Shown piece by piece: positions 47,672 to 57,910 of a DNA stretch of 61,213 nt (its first letter is position 1; each line of letters starts with the position of its first letter). The position numbers and the translations under genes are program-made. Under the pieces are notes generated by a model, which did not search any database, was not told the origin of the DNA, and saw nothing but the letters and a program-made list of their open reading frames with translations. Origin of the DNA: Cytophagales bacterium (GTDB taxonomy: Bacteria > Bacteroidota > Bacteroidia > Cytophagales > Cyclobacteriaceae). Location of the stretch: positions 1 to 61,213 of the forward strand of contig JAAEPI010000323.1 of assembly GCA_024232835.1 (NCBI GenBank), in the 5' to 3' direction.

Positions 47672-47956
47672 TAACGTAGAACCCCCTTTATGCTTTATTC
47701 CCTTGGTAATCAATGTGTTATGTGTTCCCAAGTAGGCTATAGGTATTTCAACTTAGAACAATTTAAGCAATTCTTCCTATTGTGTTGAGAAGTAGTCAAA
47801 ACTAGTTTTGTGAAGTATTATAATTGGATATTTTTAACCATTACAAGATTATGTTCTTAGCCCCATTACAATATCTTTACTCTTTGAGGATCATCTATCA
47901 TAATCATTTGATAATATTGGAATGGCAGTTATGCTTAAAAAATTTGTGGCCTTATC

Positions 47957-49999
47957 ATGAGGAAGGATTATATTAAAATTCAAATCATATTTCTATTGTT
48001 TTTGAGTATGCATACAGGCTTGTATATGCCAGTGGAAGCTCAGAACAATGATAAGCTCTTTAGAAAAGGCCTTAGATATTTTAATAAAGAGAACTACATC
48101 AGAGCCCAAGAATATTTCGAGATATTGCTAGACTCTGGGTGGAATAAGAATAAGGTGTCCACCTACGTTTCTCATTGTTACTTTCAGTTGCATCAGCCTG
48201 AAAGGGTTGAAAAGATTGTTGGCAATCTAGAAAATCCAAGCAGCGATAACATTCATGATTTAGCACTGGCCAAATACTACACTGAGCAGTTCAAAAGTTC
48301 GTTATTTCTGACAAATAATCTAATTGACTCCACTGAATTAGACCTCAATAGCTTTCAAAAGAAAATTCAATTTGCGATAGAATTTTATAGAAATCCCAAA
48401 GGATTTATAGTGCAAAGTTTTGGAAAGGAGATAAACAGTCCATATCGAGAATATAGCACCGTGATGTATAATGATTTCAATACACTTCTTTACGCTTCTC
48501 GTGAAGAAGAAAGTAGCTCAACGGATTATGATGGGCTAACCTTTGAAGAAATTCAAATAACAAGCATAGATACATCTAATAATTGGGTCGAACCAAGGTC
48601 CTTGGAAATGAAAATCGAGAATGACAACCGTCATGATGCGCCCGTGCAGATATATGATCATGGGACTAAAATGATCTCATATCACAACGGGCATCTTTAT
48701 AAGTCAGAATTAAAAGACCAAACATGGGAGTTAGGTAGTCAGCTCAAAATAAAAGGAATAATGGGTACTATGACGCATTGCCATATATCTGATGATGAAC
48801 AAATTATATATTTCTCATCGGATCACTTATCCATCAATGGTGACTTGGACCTATTCAAATCAGTCAAACTAGAAGATGGTAGCTGGGATACCCCTGTGCC
48901 ATTGACGGAGCTTAATACAGATCAAGATGAAGACTCACCATTTATTACCATGGAAGGAACACTTTACTTCAGTTCGAGAGGCCACAATTCAATTGGTGGA
49001 TACGATGTGTTCGAATCCAAGTACAATGAAAATGACAGTAGTTGGTCCGCTCCAAAAAATTTGGGCTATCCAATTAATTCAGTCGCTGAAGATATTTTCT
49101 ACACAAGAGATGGGAAGCTAGGATATATCAGTTCATCTAGAAAGGGAGGATACGGATCATTGGATTTGTATCGGGTCTTTCTATTCAACAAAGTTAGAGT
49201 TGCAGGTAAAATCGTTGATGAAAAACGTGGAGTTCCACTGCCTAGTGTTCGAATCGATCTTCAATATGATTCGAGCTATTTGCACGGATACAGTGACATC
49301 AAAGGTAACTATGAAATGTTTGTTCCAATAAACACTCGCATGAATGTGAAAATAACAAAAGATTCATTGAACCTGATGGAAGGTGGCTACATTGTTAACG
49401 TCTTTTTTAAGGATGAAAATAACAATGAATACAATTTCAATGTAGGCGAAACAACAGACGAACCTACGGCCATTGCTGATTTTGCCACTGATGATGACGT
49501 GACAAGAATAAACATTGATATTCAGAATGACTTCAATACAAATCCATATATCGCTACAATTCCATTGCTGCATGAGAAAGTATGGGTAGATAGTTTAAAT
49601 GTTTTAAGCGAAAAATATCGAAATATTCGTGAGGATCAACTGGCTAAAGAGGCAGAGTCTTATCATGAAGAGGATTCAATCATTGTTCGATTTGGTTACG
49701 ATAGCTACGCTTTGAGCAAGGAGTCCAAAGTAATATTGGATAAATTCTATAGAGACAAATGGAACAGTAATGGAAAGACATTACGGATCAATGGTCATAC
49801 GGATCTTAGAGGCAATGAGGCGTACAATCTCAAATTATCTCTTCAAAGGGCAAGATCAGTATACAGGTATTTTTTGGTAAAGGGGATTTCTGGGAGCAAT
49901 ATGATAGTTCAAGGATTTGGAGAATCACAATTGGCGGATACGTCAAAAAATAATATTGCTCATAGTAAAAATCGGAGGGTACGATTAATTTGTTTTTAA
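47957..49999 (+). CDS. OmpA family protein with TPR, PD40-type beta-propeller and CarboxypepD_reg-like regions
   Basis: 680-aa ORF with a signal peptide and PD40-like repeats (DSPFITMEGTLYFSS, EDIFYTRDGKLGYISS). The C-terminal OmpA motif is INGHTDLRGNEAYNLKLSLQRARSV. Confidence 0.8.
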   Translation: MRKDYIKIQIIFLLFLSMHTGLYMPVEAQNNDKLFRKGLRYFNKENYIRAQEYFEILLDSGWNKNKVSTYVSHCYFQLHQPERVEKIVGNLENPSSDNIHDLALAKYYTEQFKSSLFLTNNLIDSTELDLNSFQKKIQFAIEFYRNPKGFIVQSFGKEINSPYREYSTVMYNDFNTLLYASREEESSSTDYDGLTFEEIQITSIDTSNNWVEPRSLEMKIENDNRHDAPVQIYDHGTKMISYHNGHLYKSELKDQTWELGSQLKIKGIMGTMTHCHISDDEQIIYFSSDHLSINGDLDLFKSVKLEDGSWDTPVPLTELNTDQDEDSPFITMEGTLYFSSRGHNSIGGYDVFESKYNENDSSWSAPKNLGYPINSVAEDIFYTRDGKLGYISSSRKGGYGSLDLYRVFLFNKVRVAGKIVDEKRGVPLPSVRIDLQYDSSYLHGYSDIKGNYEMFVPINTRMNVKITKDSLNLMEGGYIVNVFFKDENNNEYNFNVGETTDEPTAIADFATDDDVTRINIDIQNDFNTNPYIATIPLLHEKVWVDSLNVLSEKYRNIREDQLAKEAESYHEEDSIIVRFGYDSYALSKESKVILDKFYRDKWNSNGKTLRINGHTDLRGNEAYNLKLSLQRARSVYRYFLVKGISGSNMIVQGFGESQLADTSKNNIAHSKNRRVRLICF

Positions 50000-50000
50000 T

Positions 50001-52892
50001 ATGAACTACGAAGCACGATATATTCTATTTTTCTGGACACTCATGCAAGTGATTAATTGCAATGCAAATTCATTCCAAAATCCTACACTAAGCGGTACTG
50101 TAAAGCTCAATTCTACTCAAGAAATAATGAAGGACGTCAGGATATTCATTGACGAAAGGGAAGCTGTCTTGTCTAATGAACAAGGTGAATTCTCAATGAA
50201 GAATTACAATTCACAAGAAGAGCCCGTAAACGTATCGGCTGTAAAAAAAGGATACGAATTAGCCGTTTGGTCTTTCAGAAACAATAATGTGTCAATTACG
50301 ATGAGACCAGCAACAATCAAAACCATTATGGGTAGGTTGAATACAGCATCAGGCTCTCCAAAGGCAGATTCAAAAATTTCATATTTTGGACGAAGGATCC
50401 ATGAAACCACCACAGATAAAGATGGTTATTTCATATTTAGGATTCCTTATGAAGATGAAGTTAGCAGGCAAGATAGATTTGTCGTGGATAATGAGATTAC
50501 CAAAATTGAGCAGTTTTCAGAGGATATAGATGCCGGCAAAGTTGAAATTACCTTATCGGAATTAGGGGCACAGACCCAAAATTATAAGGTAGAAATAAAG
50601 GATGAATTCAACAGTCCAGTAAAAAACACGATTGTTACTATGAAAGATAAGTCATACTTCACTAATGAGGATGGCTTGTTTCAGCTAGAAGCGTCAAATA
50701 TTACTTCCGATTTGTCTGACTGGAAGATTGATGGCTTTAATGTACTAAGTGTTGAGACCAATGACGATGAGAAATCCGTGATAGTTGTAATCGGGATATT
50801 GAAGCTAAGCCGGGATCAGACGCTTGATGAAATAGACTCGATTCAAGCTGCCGTGCAAGATGAAAATCAATTGAGAAACTACACGGCCACTCAGTTGATC
50901 AGTGATATCGAGAAGCTAGAGGATTTCTACACAGAAAAGGGATATCAATTTAGACAGGAAAATGAGCGCATTCTAAGTATCACCGATAGTCTATCAAAAA
51001 TAACCGTTCAAACTGAAGTTGAGAGAACACATGTATTATTCCAAATTGATAAGCTTAATAAGTCCATGGCGTCATCGGCGGAAGCTTTCAACCTCATCAA
51101 TAATAACAGTCTTGAACTAATCAGAATCCTTAAGTTAAAACTTGATGAGAAGAATCAAACCATTAAAGTCATCGAGGAGGAAAACGTTGCATTGATCACT
51201 ACTATCAGTAACAACCTCACTCTTTTTATTGCCATTGTGATTAATTTTTTGCTGATACTATTTATTGCCCTTCTAACTATTAGAAGATTTAAAACCCAAA
51301 ACAAGGTCATCCAACGAACCAAAAGGCAACTGGTAGATGCACAGGAAATAGCCAAAATAGGCAGTATGGTTTATGATTACAAAAACAAATGTTTTACGTA
51401 TTCAAAAAATTTCTTCGATACGCTAAAAATTTATAATTTCAGGCGTATCATCCGACTCCAAAGTAGGTCAGAAGGGCAAATCTTTAAAGATTTGATAAGC
51501 GAAAGTGATAAAGAAAGAGTCACTGAATTATGGAAAAATGGACTTGCTAAACATGAATCGTTTAGCACAGAATTCAAAGGTAGAGCCGACAATGCGGAGG
51601 AAATCCATATTGATATGAACACCAAAATAAACAAGGATTCAATGGGTAAGCTTATCGGAATATCAAGTACGTTACAGGATGTTTCAGAAAAGAAGAAAAA
51701 TGAGTTACTCCTAATAGAGGCAGTTAGAGAAGCAGAAGAGGCATCCAAGATTAAAGAAGAGTTTCTGTCTTCTATGAGCCATGAAATAAGAACACCGCTA
51801 AACGCAATTGTTGGTTTATCAGAGCTTCTGGCCTCTGAGAATCCAAGGCAATCTCAATTGAAAAATCTAACCACAATCCAATTTTCAAGTCAGCATTTGC
51901 TCTCGCTAGTAAATGATATTCTAGACTTTAGCAAAATTCGAGCAGGGAAAGTTGATATTGAAAACAGGGATATTAATGTAAAGAATTTGGTCAATGGCAT
52001 CATTAACACCATGGAATTTAAAGCTAAGGAAGTAGGTATTAGCGTATTAGCAAAGATTGAGAGTGCTGTCCCCGATTTTGTGATTGGAGATGAATTAAGG
52101 ATAAATCAAATCCTAACTAATTTAATAGGAAACGCCATCAAATTTACAAGGAAGGGAAGCGTTACACTATCCTTGTCTTTGGTAAAATCCAAAGACAATA
52201 TTTCTGAAATCAGTTTCAGTGTCAAGGATACTGGCACTGGAATTGCGAAAGACAAATTAGAAATAATCTTCAACAGCTTTGAACAAGAAAACACATCGAC
52301 AGCACGAGAGTATGGAGGAACTGGTCTTGGTCTGGCCATCTCAAAAGAACTCGTTAGACTAATGGGGGGGGATGCGATAATTGTGAATAGTGAGCTTGGT
52401 GTGGGGTCTGAGTTCTGCTTTTCGATACCCTTTAAAAAAGCATCAGAACATGTCAAAGAGGAAAAGAATAAACTTGATAAAAAGGAAAATACCAATTTGC
52501 AATCCAATGCTGATGTAAATGTACCGCCTGGAGTTAAGGTACTTTGTGTGGATGACAATGAAATAAATGTGCTGGTAATTTCACAATATTTCAAAAAATG
52601 GGGAGTAGAGGCCACATACGCAGAAACGGGTGAAAAAGCATTGGAAGCTTTCAGAAATGGCTCTTTTGACATGGTTCTCATGGACATTAGGCTGCCTGAT
52701 ATGGATGGATATGAGGTTACTAACGAAATTCATCGTGAACACCCAGATAGAAATGTTCCAATCATAGCGCTGACAGCTGAAATTAATAAACAAACTTTAG
52801 AAAAAACTCACCAAACAGGAATGGTAGATTTTCTTGGGAAGCCCTTCAAATCAGAAGATCTAAAAAACCTAATTATAAAATATTCTGACTAA
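50001..52892 (+). CDS. hybrid sensor histidine kinase / response regulator
   Basis: 963-aa ORF. Extracytoplasmic CarboxypepD_reg-like repeats, coiled coil, TM helix, PAS-like region, H-box SSMSHEIRTPLNAI, ATPase motifs GNAIKFT and GTGLGLAI, and a receiver domain (VLCVDDNEIN...LMDIRLPDMDG). Confidence 0.9.
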   Translation: MNYEARYILFFWTLMQVINCNANSFQNPTLSGTVKLNSTQEIMKDVRIFIDEREAVLSNEQGEFSMKNYNSQEEPVNVSAVKKGYELAVWSFRNNNVSITMRPATIKTIMGRLNTASGSPKADSKISYFGRRIHETTTDKDGYFIFRIPYEDEVSRQDRFVVDNEITKIEQFSEDIDAGKVEITLSELGAQTQNYKVEIKDEFNSPVKNTIVTMKDKSYFTNEDGLFQLEASNITSDLSDWKIDGFNVLSVETNDDEKSVIVVIGILKLSRDQTLDEIDSIQAAVQDENQLRNYTATQLISDIEKLEDFYTEKGYQFRQENERILSITDSLSKITVQTEVERTHVLFQIDKLNKSMASSAEAFNLINNNSLELIRILKLKLDEKNQTIKVIEEENVALITTISNNLTLFIAIVINFLLILFIALLTIRRFKTQNKVIQRTKRQLVDAQEIAKIGSMVYDYKNKCFTYSKNFFDTLKIYNFRRIIRLQSRSEGQIFKDLISESDKERVTELWKNGLAKHESFSTEFKGRADNAEEIHIDMNTKINKDSMGKLIGISSTLQDVSEKKKNELLLIEAVREAEEASKIKEEFLSSMSHEIRTPLNAIVGLSELLASENPRQSQLKNLTTIQFSSQHLLSLVNDILDFSKIRAGKVDIENRDINVKNLVNGIINTMEFKAKEVGISVLAKIESAVPDFVIGDELRINQILTNLIGNAIKFTRKGSVTLSLSLVKSKDNISEISFSVKDTGTGIAKDKLEIIFNSFEQENTSTAREYGGTGLGLAISKELVRLMGGDAIIVNSELGVGSEFCFSIPFKKASEHVKEEKNKLDKKENTNLQSNADVNVPPGVKVLCVDDNEINVLVISQYFKKWGVEATYAETGEKALEAFRNGSFDMVLMDIRLPDMDGYEVTNEIHREHPDRNVPIIALTAEINKQTLEKTHQTGMVDFLGKPFKSEDLKNLIIKYSD

Positions 52893-53090
52893 TGGAGAGC
52901 TTTACTCGGTATTATATTTTGGTAGAAACGAAAAAGGATGAATGAAAGAATCACCTAATTTATTGAGAATGATTTCTAAGAGAGTGAAAAAAAATACTTA
53001 GATAAAGACCACCAGAAATCAAAATGACTAAATGAGACAGTTGTCAAAAGACACATGCAAGGATTAACTACTTTTTAAAGAATACATAAA

Positions 53091-53450
53091 ATGGCGAATT
53101 TATCGGTCGAAGATATAAGGAAGAAAATGAATTTTAATTTTCTCGATGAAATGGGTTTTAACGAAGAGGTTAAAATTGAGTTTATGACATTGCTCCTCGG
53201 AAAACTTGATGTTTTCAAAAAGAAGTATACTCAGGGCATATCCGAAAAGAATCACGATGATCTTTCTTCGATCGTCCATGAGATGTTGCCTAGTTTGAAG
53301 ATGATCAACTTGGATGATGCGAATGAATTATTTGGTTCACATAAAATGGTGGATCTGGACGATGAAATTTCTGTAGATAAGCTTTTGAAAGAAGTAATCA
53401 CATGTTGCGTCATGATTGAGGAAAAATTGTCAAATTGTTTAGTCGTTTGA
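53091..53450 (+). CDS. small helical protein, possibly HPt-like
   Basis: 119-aa ORF 198 nt after the hybrid kinase. The candidate phospho-His context SSIVHEMLPSLKMI only loosely resembles H-x-x-K-G. Confidence 0.35.
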   Translation: MANLSVEDIRKKMNFNFLDEMGFNEEVKIEFMTLLLGKLDVFKKKYTQGISEKNHDDLSSIVHEMLPSLKMINLDDANELFGSHKMVDLDDEISVDKLLKEVITCCVMIEEKLSNCLVV

Positions 53451-53807
53451 CGATACTCACAAACTGGGAAGTCTGCTTAGCGCATAGCTATCACCTATAC
53501 TTTCCTTCTCTTAGCAATCATACCCCTTAACTGACTTGTATTGGCAATATATTCTCCTTCTTCCTTTTTTACTAATTCCAGTGTAATCAGCAAGAATTAT
53601 ATCGCGTAATTTAATATATCAAAATCTACCAATTAAAACCAGCGATTAAACGGACGTTTAAAGGATAGTTTTTCTGAAGCGCATCTTACCTTATTCCACT
53701 TCATCAGGATCTTACCTATGGTAGTTGCCTCGATACATTTCGCAAAGCCAATGCAACTACACAAACATCCATGATTCAAGTCAGGCAAGCCTTCACAAAG
53801 CCTCAAG

Positions 53808-53913
53808 TCAAGTACCTTGGAGCAAGCCTGTCTGACAGAGGTAGACTCACGAGGTATGAATTTGGAAAAATATTTCTTCATTCAATACAAGCATAGAAGA
53901 ACAAAATCCACTG
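53808..53913 (-). repeat. dispersed hairpin-rich repeat, copy 2
   Basis: Its reverse complement aligns to 4485..4613 at about 85% identity by eye. It lacks the 21-bp hairpin insert and 3 nt. It lies about 280 nt downstream of tRNA-Arg on the same strand. Confidence 0.7.
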
Positions 53914-54192
53914 ATGAGGTTTAATGAATGCCTCAAGGAATATCTGAAAAAGAAATGGTAGGCTACAAAAAACAAGCGTACAGTGCTTAGTCCCATAACA
54001 ATTGCCCTCGATATTATCTTGGTTTTTCTTCCTTTCACTTTTCCTCCAGCTCCTGATAATGGTTGTTGACTATTATTGCATATTATATTGTTGGGGAGCT
54101 GATTGTATTTCAATCTGGCAAAGTGATTCGGATAGAGGTGCTGTGATCCGAGGAAAAAACAAAAGATCGGACTAAATCCGATCTTTGTTGAG

Positions 54193-54266
54193 TACACCCG
54201 GAGGGAGTCGAACCCCCAACCCCCAGAGCCGAAATCTGGTATTCTATCCAGTTGAACTACGGGTGC
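54193..54266 (-). tRNA. tRNA-Arg (anticodon UCG)
   Basis: 74-nt cloverleaf folded by hand: acceptor GCACCCG/CGGGTGT (G1-U72 wobble), D arm GTTC/GAAT with a GG loop, anticodon stem CCAGA/TCTGG, loop TTTCGGC, T arm GGGGG-TTCGACT-CCCTC. No encoded CCA. Confidence 0.85.
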
Positions 54267-54384
54267 ATTTGATAACGACGTTGATTAAAACGGGCTGCAA
54301 ATATATAACAGCCTTTGGTTCTCAATTCTTATTTTTCTCCAAGATTTTATCAAAGCGAGATAGGCTTGTTTCAGTATCCATACC

Positions 54385-54645
54385 CTACCAATCAAGCGTG
54401 GACTTGTACATGATGTTGTCTAAATCTGCCTGTGGCAAATCCATCTCCTCGATAAATTTTCCTATTTCCGAGTCCCCTAAAGGAAATTGGTAATCAGGAC
54501 TCAGGCAAATCTTGACCTAACCAGTGAGGTCAATTGCATATTGTAAAAACTGAGCATCATGGGTGATGCTATCAATCGGACTAATAGTCGAAAGGAAAGA
54601 CCACATGCATGAGAAAAATACACCCGCAGATTCTTGTATTTTTTA
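54385..54645 (-). pseudogene. C-terminal relic of an amidohydrolase-2-like gene with an in-frame TAG
   Basis: The minus-strand frame reads ...GVFFSCMWSFLSTISPIDSITHDAQFLQYAIDLTG*VKICLSPDYQFPLGDSEIGKFIEEMDLPQADLDNIMYKSTLDW*. TAG is at 54517-54519. There is no N-terminal part and no start codon. Confidence 0.45.
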
Positions 54646-54682
54646 GCAAGCTGGAATTCTTCCCTTTTGCAAAAAAAGTGAA

Positions 54683-55840
54683 CTACTCAGTGGTGCAGTA
54701 TTCAGAAAGGAACGGTGCAGTTCTACTCATTCCTAAATCATCTGATCGATTTAGACATTTACAAGCATTTTCTAGTTCCTTCAATTCCAGATAAGCCATC
54801 CCGCTATTGAACCACGTTTGTGCATGAGTCGGGTCAGTTTTAAGATACTGCTGGTAATAACTGATGGCATTTCGATATTCTTTCTGACCAAAATAAGAAT
54901 TACCAAGCAAATACAGCGTCTCTGATTTTGAAGGAGCCAGATTTATTGCCTTTGTGAATTTTACCCGTGCCGATTGGTAGGCCTCATTTCGTTGATCCAA
55001 TCGCCCAGAGTTCAACAGTAAGACAGGATCATTGGGTGTCAGTTTTAGTGCTTGGTCAAACAAATTCCCAGCTGAGAGATAATCCCCTGAATCGAACGCT
55101 TCAATTCCTTTAACAGAAAGCATCGGGGCAAACTCAGGGTTTTTATCCAATTCAGTGGGTAGTATAATGCTTGGGTCAATAATTAGCAAGTTGTACCATG
55201 CCAGCGCAGAACCCGGATTCAAATTTATCGCTTGGGTCAAGTCGTTCTTTGCTTCATCTTCTTTGCCGAGCTCAGTTAATAGCAGTGCTCGATTAACCAA
55301 CTTATCTACAGTTTCACTAATCTCAATGGCTTTGTCAAAATCCAGTATGGCTTCTTCTAGTTGACCCAATTTTTGCAAAGCTAACCCCCGTTTGCTCAAA
55401 ATATCTGCCTCCATTCCGACAAGAGTTGTAATCTGGGTTACCTCTTGTCGGTGCACATCATATTTAACAAATATGCCTTTGGTATCACCTCTATCAATTC
55501 GATTCAATAAAAAATTCAGGCTAGCAATTGCTCTCTCGTATTCCATAGTTTCAACAAGGAATTCAGAAAATTGAAAATAAGCCTCATAATATTCTCTATC
55601 CAGCGTAATCGCCTGCACATAATCCTCATGCGCATTGGAATTGTTTCCCAATGACTGATGGATCATGGCTCGAAGTAAATAGCTCGATGGATCATCGTTA
55701 TCTTCAAGTGATTGATTGCTGAAGGTCAATGCTTGTTTGAAATTCCCTTCGTTGAAACTTGCTGACGCTAAATCGAATGGTTCTTGCCCAAAAGCCGCTT
55801 GACCAATTAATAGGAATAGAAGTAGTGATTTTCGCAACAT
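54683..55840 (-). CDS. tetratricopeptide repeat protein
   Basis: 385-aa ORF with a signal peptide and many 34-residue TPR units (A..Y...G....A..F.KAI pattern). Confidence 0.8.
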   Translation of the reverse strand: MLRKSLLLFLLIGQAAFGQEPFDLASASFNEGNFKQALTFSNQSLEDNDDPSSYLLRAMIHQSLGNNSNAHEDYVQAITLDREYYEAYFQFSEFLVETMEYERAIASLNFLLNRIDRGDTKGIFVKYDVHRQEVTQITTLVGMEADILSKRGLALQKLGQLEEAILDFDKAIEISETVDKLVNRALLLTELGKEDEAKNDLTQAINLNPGSALAWYNLLIIDPSIILPTELDKNPEFAPMLSVKGIEAFDSGDYLSAGNLFDQALKLTPNDPVLLLNSGRLDQRNEAYQSARVKFTKAINLAPSKSETLYLLGNSYFGQKEYRNAISYYQQYLKTDPTHAQTWFNSGMAYLELKELENACKCLNRSDDLGMSRTAPFLSEYCTTE

Positions 55841-55871
55841 GAGATTTGTAACGAAAATTAAAGAAAGAAGG

Positions 55872-56651
55872 CTAAAAAACCTGTTTTATTTGCATACATC
55901 CGTCCTTTTTTAAGTGCACGAAACGACCATGATCGTAAGTGAAAAAGTTAACAGACATAATCAACAACAGAGCCGTATTTTCAATCATACTCGTTTGATC
56001 CAAACAAAGTTGTGAAGTCATTGGATCTGTTGGCATTTTAAGTATCGGCAACATTGAACTACTGTGAACTGAATATTTTCCATGCAAATCATGATTCAGT
56101 GGCTTATAACATTCATCCACATTATCATATCTGAAATCCGAAAGAGCCACCAGGCATGTATTGATCTTAAAATTTGTAGCCTCTTTAGATCTTTCTAAAT
56201 CTTTATCTGGAACAAAGGCAGGGAAATGAATAATAACCTGATCACGACGCGAGCCCTGCTTAATATGGTACTTCGCATTTAATGCTTTATTATAAGGAAC
56301 GTCATAGTTAAACTCAAATCCAGTCAATTTCTTCCCATACTTACTCAGGCAAATTGGGCGCGTACCCACTCGACCTTCTGCAAACTTGGACAATCCCTTA
56401 AACTGAGTTGTCAACTTTGTGCAATGGTAACTCTCACATATCTCCACCATTTCAGACGAAAAACTTGCAAGCAGTGTTTTTGAAATTTCTAAGGCTACCT
56501 CTCTTTCAAGAGATGTTGATTGTGAGACTTTTTTATCTGTATGAATCTTGTCTTTGACACCTACGGTTAGGATATCTGAAACTGGATTTTTTAAATTGAA
56601 TTTATTGTACTCTTTGGAGATATCTTGGATGGCAATTGAAGCTGTATTCAT
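55872..56651 (-). CDS. hypothetical protein
   Basis: 259-aa ORF 31 nt upstream of, and co-oriented with, the TPR gene. No signal peptide and no recognised motif. Confidence 0.55.
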   Translation of the reverse strand: MNTASIAIQDISKEYNKFNLKNPVSDILTVGVKDKIHTDKKVSQSTSLEREVALEISKTLLASFSSEMVEICESYHCTKLTTQFKGLSKFAEGRVGTRPICLSKYGKKLTGFEFNYDVPYNKALNAKYHIKQGSRRDQVIIHFPAFVPDKDLERSKEATNFKINTCLVALSDFRYDNVDECYKPLNHDLHGKYSVHSSSMLPILKMPTDPMTSQLCLDQTSMIENTALLLIMSVNFFTYDHGRFVHLKKDGCMQIKQVF

Positions 56652-56792
56652 TTGATTTTCGGTTGGCTAGTTGGTTAAAGGTATTCAATTGAACGGGAAT
56701 ATAGTGAAAACCTTCACAAAGCCAAAATAAAATGAATGCTTACTTCAAAATATTTCAATTATCGTTTGTAAATGAATGGGTTATGAGATTTT

Positions 56793-56933
56793 CTATCCGA
56801 ATATCCAGACTATCAAATGAATTGATCCAATGAAGCCAGCTCCCAAAACAATAAGCATAATTACAGAGAAACATCCACCCTTGACATAATCGTTCTGTTC
56901 GGATCGTCCCAGATACTGATGCAATACGGCCAT
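56793..56933 (-). CDS. possible 46-aa membrane peptide, absent from the ORF track
   Basis: MAVLHQYLGRSEQNDYVKGGCFSVIMLIVLGAGFIGSIHLIVWIFG. One clear TM helix. Supported only by the ORF and its hydrophobicity. Confidence 0.25.
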   Translation of the reverse strand: MAVLHQYLGRSEQNDYVKGGCFSVIMLIVLGAGFIGSIHLIVWIFG

Positions 56934-57151
56934 AAGTCAGTTTTAAATTTCCAAAATGTGTTCTGCAAAAATAAATAACAATTTATTATATTCCTGATAT
57001 TTCATGGTATAATTATATTTTGGTAGACACCAATTCTTGAATAATTCAGATCAAAAAATCATCCATTTTCGTTGCATATTTATTCCATTAAATAGAAATT
57101 GTCAACACCTCTTTTTAGAAAAATTTTCGATGTGATGAAAACATACCTATT

Positions 57152-57817
57152 CTAACGCCAATCGATAGCAATTTTATCTTTCGAAGACAGGTACTCATTC
57201 GTTTTACTAAAATGCCCACAACCAAAAAAGCCGCGATGTGCTGAAAGAGGTGAAGGATGTGGTGAGCTCAATACCAAGTGCTTAATTCGATCTATGAATG
57301 CCCCTTTCTTTTGCGCATAAGATCCCCAAAGCAGAAACACTAGATTTTCCTTCTTCTCCGATAATGCTCGAATGGCAGCATCAGTAAATTCTTCCCAACC
57401 TTTGCCCTGATGAGATCCTGCTTGATGCGCCCGAACTGTTAACATTGAGTTCAGCAATAAAACACCTTGAGCGGCCCATGATGTCAGATTTCCTGAAGTT
57501 GGTTGTTCTACGCCCATATCCGCTTTAAGTTCTTTATAGATATTTATCAGTGATGGTGGTACCATCACGCCATCTGGTACAGAAAAGCTTAAGCCATGTG
57601 CTTGTCCAGGTCCGTGATAGGGGTCTTGCCCAAGGATAACCATCTGCGATTTTTCAAAAGGGCATGAATTAAACGCATTAAAAATCTGCTGCCCCGGAGG
57701 GTAAATTGTCGCGGTTTGATATTCACCTTTAACAAACTCAATCAACTCACCAAAATAAGGCTTCTCAAATTCGCCAGCAAGCTGTTGATGCCATCCTGTC
57801 TCAATTTTTACTTCCAT
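57152..57817 (-). CDS. ung: uracil-DNA glycosylase
   Basis: 221-aa ORF with GQDPYHGPGQAHGLSFSV and HPSPLSA motifs. Confidence 0.95.
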   Translation of the reverse strand: MEVKIETGWHQQLAGEFEKPYFGELIEFVKGEYQTATIYPPGQQIFNAFNSCPFEKSQMVILGQDPYHGPGQAHGLSFSVPDGVMVPPSLINIYKELKADMGVEQPTSGNLTSWAAQGVLLLNSMLTVRAHQAGSHQGKGWEEFTDAAIRALSEKKENLVFLLWGSYAQKKGAFIDRIKHLVLSSPHPSPLSAHRGFFGCGHFSKTNEYLSSKDKIAIDWR

Positions 57818-57910
57818 TTAAATTTCAGAATTAGAATAAAAACACAATTTGTTTCAAAATCATTTAATATTTTGTTCTGAGCCTTCTATATTTCCATTTT
57901 GAAACAGCAA

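Noticed and set aside
52106-52687. Long antisense ORFs inside large genes (e.g. 52106..52687 in the kinase, 2208..2645 in the GltB-like gene, 9283..9663, 29797..30207, 40985..41356)
   Set aside because: These are shadow ORFs opposite strongly supported CDSs. They have Ser/Leu/Pro-rich composition typical of antisense frames.
4485-53913. The two inverted repeat copies as termini of a ~49-kb mobile element
   Set aside because: The interval is full of core housekeeping genes (sdhCAB, fabD, cmk, ispH, kdsB, ssb). It has no integrase, transposase or conjugation genes. The copies are better explained as dispersed small repeats.
54185-54493. 102-codon ORF on the + strand
   Set aside because: It runs antisense straight through the tRNA-Arg gene and has low-complexity content, so it is spurious.
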